From Octopus sinensis (Eukaryota), in NCBI RefSeq assembly GCF_006345805.1, contig NC_042998.1, positions 112,840,001 to 112,904,000 of the forward strand: a stretch of DNA of 64,000 nucleotides, written 5' to 3'. Within the stretch, counting starts at the first letter, position 1; every line of letters begins with the position of its first letter. A program made the position numbers and the translations under genes. Of this stretch, positions 1 through 12,100 are shown piece by piece. The notes below the pieces were generated by a model. The model saw only the letters and a program-made list of their open reading frames with translations. It made no database searches and was not told the DNA's origin.

Positions 1-984
1 ACTCAGAATGTAAAGAGGCCACATGACATTTTCTCCAAATGATTTTGCTAATCAACTGCCCAACTCATGGCAACATGGAAAGCACATGTAAAATGATGAG
101 GATGGTTATATGTAAACACATACACACACATATATTAGTGATATGCTGTGCTTGAGAAGACACATCAAGCCAAGTGAAATCATAGTTGTGGCCAATGCCA
201 GTATCGTGTAACTGACACCATAAAAAGCACCCATTACATTCTTGGAGTGGTTGGTGTTTTAGGAAGGGCATCCAGCCATAGAAACCATGCCAAATCAGAT
301 TGGGATCTGGTGCAGCTTACCAATTTCAGTCAAACTGTTTAACCCATGCCAGTATGGAAAGCTGATGCTAAATGATGATGATATATATATGTATATTATA
401 TCCTTCCCTAATGATATGATAAATACAGTTGAAGTTAAACTTGAATTTCTCAGTTTTTAATCCCATCTACATTTCTAAAACTTCAGAAATTGTTCTCATG
501 AAAATATTTTAAAAGTGAAAATGTTTGATTCATTCCAGAGTTTGCAAGTTCCCATTGATATTGATTTCTTACATATAAGCAGAAAGACTCTAGTTTAAAT
601 TTGGGTTGTGTTGAATGCTCTTCTCTCTCATCCCAAATGATATCCCACTGATATTTACATGTTTGAAGTATCAGCATTACTAAAAATGATATTAAGATAG
701 CAAGCTGGCACAATCATTATCACACTGGACAAGATGCTAAATGGCATTTCTCCCTGCTTTTTACATTACAAGCTCAACTTTGCCTGTTATCTTTTTAGAG
801 TTGATAAAATAAGTACCAGTTGAACACTTGGGTCAACGTAATTGAATTTTCCCTTTGTTCAAAATTGCTAGCCTTGTGCCAAAACTTGAAACATTAAAAA
901 TATTATTTTCTATGGTTGCTGCTTTTAAAAACACTTGCTTTCTGTTTCATATCTTAATAATATTGTTTTGATTGAGTCAGTTTT

Positions 985-1440
985 ACTGATTTCACCATAT
1001 AATAATAATAATGATAATGAAATTATTGTGTATAGTGCTCAGGTGCACTACAACTCATCAAAAGTGCATGTACAGTACATAGAATTATGTACAAAAGGCA
1101 GGAAAGTCATGATATACATGTGTGCATGCATATGGAGGCAGGATATTGGGTGTAGTGTTGGCAAATTTCAGGAAGCATGGAAATTTTAAAGGATGCAATG
1201 TCTCAGCAACTAACAACTGATGCAGGTAGTTTGTTCCATGCTTCAGCAACTCTGAGTGTGAAAGAATGTTTCTGAAGTCATGGGAGCTGTGCTGTTTTCT
1301 GACTTTGTAGGCATGCTCATGTGACACATGGAGCTCAAAAAGGTGCTCAAGGTGGTTGTTGGTGCAATGGTTAATGTTTTTGTCCATGTGGGGTCAACAC
1401 CCTAGGGTCAACCTTGCACACGTTTCTATGCATCTAGAGT
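985..1440 (-). mobile_element. CR1-like 3' fragment
   Basis: Reverse complement of the same 3' end with (ATT)n tail. Confidence 0.85.
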
Positions 1441-1444
1441 CTTT

Positions 1445-2150
1445 TTCATCATCATCATCATTGTTCAACGTCCGTTTTCCATGCTGGCATGGGTTGGACG
1501 GTTCAGCTGGGGTTTGGAAAGCCAGGAGGCTGCACCAGGCACCAGTCTGATCTGACAATGTTTTTACTGCTGGATGCCCTTCCGAGAGTGTAGTGGGTGC
1601 TTTTTACGTGCCACCAGCTCGGGAGCCAATCAAGGCAGTGCTGGCATTGGCCATGTTTGGATAGTACTTTTTACATGCCACCGGCACAGGGACCACATTT
1701 ACAATTTCCATTTGATTGTGATTGATATCATTTTGATGTTGATGTACTTGACTCAATAGGTCTCCTCAAGCACAGCATGTCGCCCTACGATCCAAAGGAA
1801 TTTTTTGAGTGGGCTGGTTATGCAATACTGGTGTAGGTTACAGCTGTGATCTCACTTTATTTTCCAGGTCTTCTCAGTCACAGCATATCTCCAGAGGTCT
1901 CTGTCTTTCGTCATTTCCTTTGTGAGGCCTAATGTTCAAAGGACATGCTTTACCATCTCATCCCACGTCTCCCTCTACCCCAGATTCCTTCCACTGTTCA
2001 GGAGTGGCACTTCTTCACACATCTCTCCTCATCCATCCATAGTACATGACCATACCAATGCAAATGTCTCTCTTGCATGCCACATCCGATGCTTTTTATG
2101 TCCTACATTTCTCTCAGGGCACTTACACTCTGTCATGTGTGCATACTGAC
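1445..2150 (-). mobile_element. RTE 3' fragment (ORF end + UTR + tail)
   Basis: Homologous to 26259-27100. Confidence 0.8.
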
Positions 2151-2303
2151 ATTACTTCTACAAAATCTTGTAATTATTCATTCTTTATGTAATATATTTG
2201 AAAGTATAGTGCATATCTTTATTCCTGTCTATATGTATGATGTTGCCTTCATTGATTTGTTTATAATGAAAATATTTTTTCTTAACAATTTTTATATCAT
2301 CAC

Positions 2304-3171
2304 TGTAAATCCTTCAAAATTTTGTTGTAACCACAAGAAATTTGAATGGAATGACAGTTATTTAAACCAAACCAGACAAAAATTTCCTCAAAACAAGCAA
2401 GCAGCAAAAAATAAAGCAAACAAAAATTGGATTTCCAAACAATTCAAGGACAGGTTTACACCCAAAAATTATGACAAATCAAGTAATGTTTCCAAAGAAA
2501 CAGCTCCTGGTTCTGTGTCCAAAGACCATAGCAATTTGATAACAAGTTCTGTTTCCAAAGAACCCACAGTTCCTGATTCAATATCCAAAGACTATAGCAA
2601 ACCAGTTTCCTGTACTAGTTCTGAAGAACTCATGGTTCCAGATTATATGTCCAAAAGCTGTCGCAAATCAGAATCAATTAGTGTTTCAAAGAAAATTGTG
2701 GTCTCTAAGTCCATACCTAAAGATTTAAATTGTACAGAATCAAATATCACTTCTAAAAGGTTAAAATATAATGATTCCAAAGATAACAACTTGGAATCCA
2801 GTTCCGTTTCCAAAGGAAAAAGAGTTATTGGTGCCACTACTAAAGCTTCTGGTCATACAGAATCAAATAAAATTTCCAAAAAGATGAAATATGATAGTAT
2901 CAAAACTTCCAGTGCTCATAAAAGTGGACAGTCAGAGCCAAAGAAAGTGAACCCACTTCAAAAGAGTCAAGATCTATCAGCAAAACCTGTTAAAATTACT
3001 ACTACTGAATCAGTTGAAAACAAAACATTAAAAGCAACTTATGTAAATTCCAAAGTACTACAGAAATTTATACCTACTAAAAGGTCACGTGGTCTGGTTC
3101 TACGAGCAAAACCTAGTCTCTTACTTAAGTATAAAGCAATAAATTCTGTGGAGTTGAAGTCTCAGAGCTGA
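2304..3171 (+). CDS. Probable terminal coding exon of an unidentified convergent gene, Lys/Ser-rich with internal repeats (5' boundary uncertain, 2304-2358)
   Basis: About 290 stop-free codons in AT-rich DNA with protein-like composition. AATAAA at about 3301. The 5' part of track ORF 2077..3171 overlaps repeat and intron-like sequence. Confidence 0.7.
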
Positions 3172-5877
3172 AATGTTAGCCAAACTTAATGAGAGAAAAA
3201 ACAAAATGTAAAAACATTGTTAATAACTTGAATGATGATGTTGGTAAAACAATTCATAGCAATGATAAAACATCTGACAACCAATTGTGATCCAAAAGAG
3301 AATAAAAGTTCATTGATTTTTCTATTAAAACATTAAAAAAAGCTGTCAGTTATATTTTTACATATAACTTGTTGCTGCTGTATAAGACATTCCCTTCAGC
3401 AGTTGTTGACTGAAGATCATCACCTGCTCCTTTCATCACTATCAAATGGCATTGATACTACCAGGGAATAGCCAGGTTCTTTTGGCCCACACTATAGCTT
3501 GCCTTTTATCTTCCTTCATGACACCAAATTCTTATTAAACTTTATCAACGAAAGATTGATTTATTGGGTCATGTTTGCTGAGGTGATATGAAAGGAAAAT
3601 AAAACATAAACAATTACTTTTGATATTTTGTTATATTTCAGACTTAAGCTGTGAAAACTGTTTTCTTCTGTGTTTCTATTTAATTTGAACTTATTCCTAA
3701 CTTTAGGATTCTGCTTTCTGCAGTGCTAAGTGGATTGTAAAGAGCAAGGTTTCACCTAAACAGGGTGCTTGTCTGTCACAGGAAATATCTGGTAACCATT
3801 TGGATTGAGTAAACAAGACTGAAATGTCTATTGTACTGAAATTCAACAATACACATGAAATAACACCCTAATGAGGGAGTCTCTACATGGGTCACTTGGC
3901 TAGCTATAAATAACAACCTAATATCTTGTGAAAGTATACATTAAATAAAATAGTCAGAAATATCCATAAGATCAGATGCTCATGTCAAGATGACCATTGA
4001 TCATACGTCTACTTAATCAAGGCTGATCTAGAAGTTAATATGAATTGACAATCCCAAGAAATGATAACACAAAATGATTTTAAGGTTACACTTACAAAGA
4101 ACAGAAGTTTGATATTTAGATAACTGTACCATTGGGTCTCAGCTAGTTAGAACCACAAATTTGCTTTAGAACAAGAATAGTTATGGAGCGGTTTTGGAAA
4201 TATGAGTGCAATGTCCCGCATTTTCTTTAACCTAGGACGAAAAGGCAGTGCCCATAACCCATCTCGACCTAGATTAGCCGATGTTAAACTAAAACTCTTT
4301 CCCAAATGCTTGCAACAGGGTGGTTTCTTTTATAGGCACCCAAGAACTAGGTGGTGATGATAAATTAGATGACAGATTCAGTCCATCACTCAAGTAGACC
4401 ACAGTAGGATTTGAACTGAGTATAAATATTTTCATATGTCTGTTTAGAGGAGGTGTGTAATGTTCAATATAAGTATACGCTGTGTTTATGTTTTGTGTGA
4501 GTTGAAAAGATGTGGCATTAGGATACTGGAATGTTTTGGGGTGTTTCAAGGTGACTTTTCATGTAGTTTGCTACTGCAACAAACTATGCCTGTTATATAT
4601 GCAAGTGGTCTTTCATATTTAATATTTTTGTTTAATTGTGTAGGTCTGTGCACAACCATAATGTACCATGCACTATTTTGTAGTTTACTGTGGAAAGACA
4701 TGCTGAGACAGAGTAGACATAGTACCTGGTGGACCTAATTTGCATGCTCTGGTCAAAATAATCTACAGTTCAAAATGGTCTGAACCAGTCCCTTACACTA
4801 CAATGTCAATCTAAAAATTAACAAGTCACATCAAATTCTCAAAACTAGGAGATAATGCATAATTAATTCAAAACAAGGTGAAAAAATAAGCATTACATTT
4901 GACAGAGAAATCTGAATGCTAAAGGGTTAAGAATGTTTCTAAGTTGTTTTGCTATATTTGGAATGTGTGTTGTGAACCTTGTGGAAGAGCTGTATGTAAT
5001 TACTAATATGTCTGTGATAAGCTTATGTTGTTGAGTGTGAAGGTTAATTAAAGTAGCAGTATCTGACAAATATTAGAAGGTTGAAATAATGATGTCATTA
5101 ATGTATAAGAATATGTATATTGTTTTCAGGAGGTATGAGAGGCTCATTTAGTGACAGGTTGAAAGGAGAGGGTGAGAGGATGGATCTTTCAGGTCCTGTT
5201 ATTAAGTATGGGTGTTGTTAATTAAGACTAACATGGGGCTAAGTGAATTGAACAACCTATGTTTAAAGGCATTCCTTATTTACAACATTAGGATGTGCTC
5301 TGAGAGGGATTTGGTTGTTATTTCTAGTTGGTTGAGCAGCCGTGAATAGACTCCCCTATTGGCTTATAACATATCTGTAGTTGTTTAGCCCAGGACAAAC
5401 CCAATCCAACAAACTTATAACGTTCACTGCATCTAGCTATGGCTATACCATGTTTTTCAGGCATAGCGTACCCAAAATACATAATGCTAACATGTCTTCA
5501 TTTCTCGAAATGATAGGGAGATTTGCCTGTTTATGGCAGGTCAAATAAGTACACAAAAGTACCCTTATTGGCTTGTGGGTAGCTTGATTTTTAGAATAGG
5601 TACACTATATTGAAAGAAGCAACTAAAAGAAAAGGCATTAAGAAGGGTATCTGGTTGTAAAACAGTCTCGTCCAACCCATGCCAACATGACAATACACAC
5701 ATAAAAAATCATTTTAAGTAGGGGTAAAATACATTACTCCAGCACACGATATAACTGTACATCTGATCAGATAACTAGTGTCCGTAGCACAAATGACGAA
5801 ATTTTTAAGAAACATAAAATGTTGTAGTCACAGAAGTAACAAACTGAAATATATAAACTTAAATATTTTTTTTTTCT

Positions 5878-5883
5878 TTTATT
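5878..5883 (-). promoter_or_regulatory. Candidate FIG4 polyadenylation signal AATAAA
   Basis: Hexamer about 105 nt downstream of the stop codon. Position only. Confidence 0.4.
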
Positions 5884-5987
5884 GGCATTTTACGTAAAAA
5901 TTTAGATAAATAGAGCAAAACATTTTTAATGATTTTGTTTTTGCCTATATGCTATTGGTATTTAGCATGGTTCGACCGGGGTATTTT

Positions 5988-6165
5988 TTATCGATATTTA
6001 CAATATAAATATCTCCTGTAAGTGTCCATGTCTTTTGCCTTTGGTGGACCAGGGCCGTGTTTACCGCAAAGCACGTAAGATGTGTAAATTTGGTCAGACA
6101 CTTTATTCACGGGAGGTAACTCCACCTGGTAAACACTATCCAACTTGAAGGCACTCATTTCCCAT
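5988..6165 (-). CDS. FIG4: FIG4 exon 23 (178 nt coding, terminal) [19 protein letters not shown]...[10 protein letters not shown]
   Basis: ttttcag acceptor, stop TAA, SAFxxDxxYxVxPPxV motif of the FIG4 C-terminus. Confidence 0.92.
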
Positions 6166-9100
6166 CTGAAAATAAACAAATGAGCTAACAGTTATACAAT
6201 ACGGTTGAATAATAAAAACATTTGGAAAGTAGATACATTGTTATATTCACTTCTGAAAGGTTTTTTTTTTTTTCAATTTATTACGTTTTAAAATCGTTTG
6301 TTATCTAAAATGGTTGTACACTTGCACCTAACGATTCTGAAAAGAAAGTAACACAGAAATTCGACTACGAAAGGTTAATAAATGTGGAGAAAGCATGGGA
6401 GAACAAGTTCTTCCCAACAGAGAGACCAGCTATCCTAGTTGACAGAAGTATAACAGATAAAGCAATTAAAGATATAAAGGGAAAGCTTCCAGTCCATCAG
6501 GATTTACTGTAGTTACACATCAGGCAGTACAGGAAGGTGCCATACACAATGATTGGTGTGACAGCATTAGAGTCAACTGTTAGAAGAGTAAAGGAGCTGC
6601 CTTAGACATAAATAATTACAGATGTCTCAAATTACTGGACCAGGACATAAAAGTTACAGAGTTACAGTTCAATTAATTATGCAGACAATTAGTCTAAATA
6701 AGATTCAGTTTGGTTTTGTGCCAGAGAGTACTACTGATGCACTCTATCTAGTAAGACAACTGCAGGAGAAGTATTTAGCTAAAAGCAAGCTATTTTACAG
6801 GAGAAAACTTTGACAAGGACTCCGATTCAGTGATCCAGAGGTCTCTGAGCAAGAAAAGACTAGGCAAATGATTTGTGTGAGTCATACAAACCATGTAAAG
6901 TGGTGTTGCCAGTAACATGAGGGTTAGAAACAAATTTAGTATGCAAGGAGTTCACCTGAAATCAGTTTTCAGTCCCCTCCCATTTATCATAGCTCACCAT
7001 AACACAGAGTAACTTAAAACCAGTAGCCCTTGGGAACCATATGTTAATGACCTCATTCATATAAAGGAATTTGTAGAAGAATTAGAAAACAAATTCCATT
7101 TGTGGGAGCAAAATCTGGAATCAAAGGGCCTAGCAAAGTTCTAGTAAGAAAACAGGGCTTTACTCCCTTCAGTGAAATGGCCTTATTCAATATTCAGAAA
7201 AGGTGATAGCAGAAATTCCATATTGGTATACCTAGTGAAAGCTGTGGACATACAAGAGGCACAGTAGAACCACAAGAAGGTTAACAGAAAAAGCAAACTT
7301 TGTAGGTGATGTGCAGGAATAATAAACATTACAAACAAGAGAAATAGATTGAAAGGAGATTGCAAAAGATATAGAAAAAGTGGTCTCCGGATGATCAATC
7401 CCAAGGAGGAGATGGTAAATGATTGCAGCAAGTGGAGAGAGATGCTGGAGAAGACCTTTCAAACATGGACTAAAGAGTGTAAAATAATGATGATGGTAAT
7501 AGGAAAAGGGAAAAGATAAAAAGATAGTAAGAAATAAGGGATACTACTTACAATTGATCAGTTATCTTTCTAGTATTTTTGTCTTGAATTGATGGTGGTT
7601 TATACCAGCTATCTCCAAACTGGGCATACCTATTTAGAAAAGAAAGGTCCAAGTAAAGAAAAATCATAAAATTTCAACCAATTTCAGTTTCTGTTTTCTT
7701 TGTGTTTCGAAGAACACATATTACCCATGAATTCTGTAGACCCTCCAAGACTAGTGACCAAATATTTCAAGGGAAGAAAGGACTGGTAATAATTTGTCAG
7801 TGTGGGGTCATGGGGATGGAAACACTATGTGTTGAAAGTTGAATAGAACAGAAATACCCAGTGGTAAGGGTATAAGACCAGCCAATTCCAAGAAACAGAG
7901 GTCATTATAGTAGCAAGAGAAAAAAATCAGAAGAGACAGCATGCTAGAGCATATCTATTAGTGACTGAATTCCAACTGGTCAAGTGGCCTTTCTCTGGAT
8001 ACAGTTTTTACATACCTTTCATAGATACACAATCCTTGCTTTGAAGGCTGGTTGATGTTAAAATCATAAACCTGCTTTGTAGTTGGGAAAACATCCTAAA
8101 AACAAAACATCCAAGAAAACTATATTAGAAGATAACACAAAGAGTTTTAATCCATCACTCACTTAAACAAATTTAATTACATGGAAAGCATTGAGGTCAA
8201 GTCTTCAGTATAAGGATAAGTGATTCCCTTTATCCTGTCTGCAATGGAAGCCCTAAAGAGAATCTTTGGATCTTTTCGGTTTGAACAGCAGTTTTTTCTA
8301 GCGGTGTCATATGAAATTGTCACCCATAATTATGACCCTAGTATCGATCTATTGCATTTCAATCTGTGTTAGGGTTAGGGGTGGGGGGAAGAGTATCTTT
8401 TTTTCTTCACAAATGTAAATAAACCCAATCTGTATCTTAAACGAGGGACATATTCATACAGCACAGAATGTTTATTACCTCAATGGACTTCATTGATTGG
8501 TTGAAACTGAAGAAAAAAAACAATAAATATCTTACAAACTATAGGATTTTCTCAATAAAACCAAGAGAAAAAGATGTTTTATAAACACATTCTACCAGTA
8601 TATGAAGTTTAAAATTTTTTAGTTACCTAGAAATTATGTTAAAAACTGCCATTCAAACCAAAAAGATCTGAATCTTTCTCTGGCTAAGCTATTAAAATGA
8701 AGTCAGAAGTAATTGAAGAAATATTCAACTGAAGACTAAAAGTGAAAATAAAAACACAAGAAAGAAAAATATAAGATTTAATGACATACCAATGAGATAA
8801 TTCATAATTATTATTACTATTGTGATTACTTATATATTTAGATTACTGCTGTAATTATATATACATGTGTGGGTGTGGGGACATGATTCTATGATGAAGA
8901 AATTTGTCTCACAACAAGGTTTCTTGTTCAGAAACTTTATGCAAGCATGGCAAAATAGATGTTACAATGATGACAAGATCATCCTTTCAGTTTCCATCTA
9001 CCAAATATGGAGAGTCAGATTTTGATCTCACAGTATAGCAACCTGAACAAGTGTCTCCTACCATATCTTCTGATCAACCAAAGTCCTGTGAGAATAATTT

Positions 9101-12100
9101 CATAAATGGGAACAGCACAGAAGAGCTTATGGGTTACGAATCCAGTCTGATAACATCTCCCATCAGCCATAAAGGGCACTGCCTTTTTCCCTCTGATGAA
9201 GCTATTTAAAAAAAATAATTCACTAGATGCAGGCATAGCTGTATGGTAAGAAGCTTACCTCCCAACCACATGGTTCCAGGTTCAGTCCCACTGCATGACA
9301 CCTTGAGTAAGTGTCTTCTACTATAGTCTTGAGCCAACCAAAGCCTTGTGAGTGGATTTGGTAGACAGAAAGTGAAAGAAGCCCGTCATATATATATATG
9401 TGTGTGTGTGTGTGTTTGTCTTTGTGTCTGTGTTTGTCCCCCACCACTGCTTGACAACCGGTGTTGGTGTGTTTATGCCCCCATAATCTAGCAGTTCAGC
9501 AAAAGAAACCAATAGCTAAGTACCAGGCTTTAAAAAAATGTAAGTACTGGGTGTCTTCAAGGTGGTGCTCCAGCATGGCCACAGTCTAATGACTGAAACA
9601 AGTAAAAGATAAAGATATCCTGAATCTCCCTACCATACACTCCATTCTTCCAAGAAACAACAGTATAAAACTTCAGCAGTTCATCAGAGGAGAAAGAATC
9701 AAAGATAAAAAGCAACAAAGAAGGAAATAGCTATGGTTTACCTTGAAAGAAATCTGTTTGTTTTCTATTGTTGAATTATCAGAGTTGGAATCATCAGAGA
9801 AGTCAACATCACCATCCACTTCATCACTCTCACTACTACTAAGACTGTCTTCACCTCCTCCTCCAACACGACTACCTGCTTCACTGCCTCCACTGCTACC
9901 TCCTCCTCCACTCACACTTCCAATGAGATTGGAAGCATTTGCAGGTTCACTTTTGCTACTTATTGATGCTTCAAGACTGGAAAAAGAATAGTAGAACACA
10001 TCATCATCAGTCATCTTAATTATATTGAAACACATATTGCATTTTAAGTCAAATAAAACCAAAATCATAGCAGTGGCAAGTGCCTCCCCTGACTGGCTCT
10101 CATTCCGGTGGCACGTAAAATGCATCCTCCAAACATGGTCGATCCCAGGACCCTCTGACTGTGGGACATAAAAAGAACCATCCAAACGTGATAGTTGCCA
10201 GGCTGCCTGACTGGCTTCTGTGCCAGTCGCACATAAAAAGCACCCACTACACTCTCGGAGTGGTCAGCATTAGTTAGGGCATGCAGCTGTAGAAATGTTG
10301 CCAGATCAGATTGGAGCCTGGTGCAGTGCTGGCTTTCCAGACCTCAGTCAAACCGTCCAACACATGCCAGTATGGAAAACAGATATTAAATGATGACGTT
10401 AGGAAGGGCATCCAGCCGTAGAAACACTGCCAGAACTGACTGGGCCTGACGAAGCCTTCCAGCTTCACAGACCCCAGTTGACCCGTCCAACCCATGCTAG
10501 CATGGAAAGCAGACGCTAAATGATGATGATGATATATTACATTTAAAAAAATACAGTTTTAATCAGATTGAGGATAAACAGTCTTCTTCTTCTTCTCTCC
10601 CTTTCTGTCTCTTTCAGAGAGGGATGGGTCCTATCAAATTTAGATGCCTAAGATATGCCATATGTTATGACTCCACCAGGACTTGACTCAAGTTAAGCCA
10701 GGAAATCATTGTTATCATCATCACCATTATCATAATGATCGTGATTATGATCACCACAAGCGCTGACATGGCATATGCTTAAGATATTTGCTTTACAGTC
10801 ATGTATTTCTAAGTTTGATCCCACAATGCAGCATCTTCGGCCTTCTACCATAGACTCAGATCAACCCAAGCCTTAGCAGCACAACTGCATGAATAGTGTG
10901 CAAAAGACCATAAGAGGATCTGCACCCAGTACATGTGGTAGACTTAGTATGTTGTCCAATTTAATACCACCAACCTGATCTTTGTGTGCCCTCAGTTTGG
11001 TCCACTCTATCAGAAACATTAATACCAGATATCCAGTGTCAGGCTTACTCAATCTTTGTATAGTTTCCTTCTTAAACAAACTGCCCCTTTTAATCTCAGA
11101 GACCCTGCAAAAGGGTCACTTCCTCAGTAAATTATAAAATATTCGTCATCAATGTAATGATAGTCATGTTATATCAATAGTGCACATCTACTGTTCTATT
11201 TATTAAGCTTCCTACAGAAAAAAAAATAATAAATTCCTTACCTCTGGTCATCAATTGGTCGCTCTGGGTTGACACGAATGGAAAATGGGCTGTAATCTGT
11301 GGCATGTTTAGGCATCACATTCCTTGAGTTAATGAAATACAAGAAATTGTAGCAACCACATAGACAATTAGACATCAGGAAGTGAAATCATTATATAATT
11401 ATTAAATACACACACATATGGACTACAGTGGAATTCAGATTTCATAAAGCTATAAATAATAGTATGTAAATATTTGTTTTTTTAAGTTTCTAAATTCTTA
11501 TGAAACAACATTATCTATAATAATATTCATTTAAGTAAACTCATATGTTTACAAACTAGATTTCAAAAAGTAATAACTCTAAGAACAAGAGTTTATAGTT
11601 TTGGGGGTTTTTTTTAAATTTAAAGCTGAAACTTCATAAGTTACAACTGCTAGTTTAATGTTGACAATCACTAAAAGAATTAGGAACCAGAAACTAGTAT
11701 TTGTAATTTATGAAGTTTTAGCTTACAAACAAAAGTTATACACATTATTTTCACAATCTTGTAATGGTGAAAAGCAGAGTCAGCCTGGATGCAAAAAGAC
11801 AGAAACAAATGCAAGATATGTTAGTGGTGATGTTTTGAGGGGAAGGGACAGTGATGATTACATGGTATTTAAGGTGGTGATGATGGTGGGAGTGGTGCAA
11901 TTCATCAAAGAGATCATGATGAAAAGATGCTGATATACTTTGAAGCTCTAACAAAACAACCATTAATGGATAAAGTAGTCCTAGAAACACTATGTCTCTG
12001 AATAAAAGACAAGATAAATGGTAATGTTTGGGAATGTCTTTGAGGATAACAGGTCTGCTAGATCTAAATAAACAAGTTTGTGAAGTGGGAAAAGGATTAA

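Noticed and set aside
398-405. ATATCCTT as a U12 donor pairing with the putative AC acceptor at 2303
   Set aside because: It directly follows a repeat tail and (TA)n run, with no plausible exon upstream. Probably chance.
2077-2303. N-terminal part of the 364-aa ORF
   Set aside because: Overlaps an antisense RTE fragment and T-rich intron-like sequence. The Met start is not credible.
8369-8380. TTAGGG x2 as an interstitial telomere
   Set aside because: Only two units, and they are internal to a MITE
9228-9310. tRNA gene
   Set aside because: tRNA-like head of a SINE. It continues into the SINE body and has no complete cloverleaf.
9673-10185. 170-aa ORF as a standalone gene
   Set aside because: Only 9742-9976 is coding (FIG4 exon 20). 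The rest is intron and repeat read-through.
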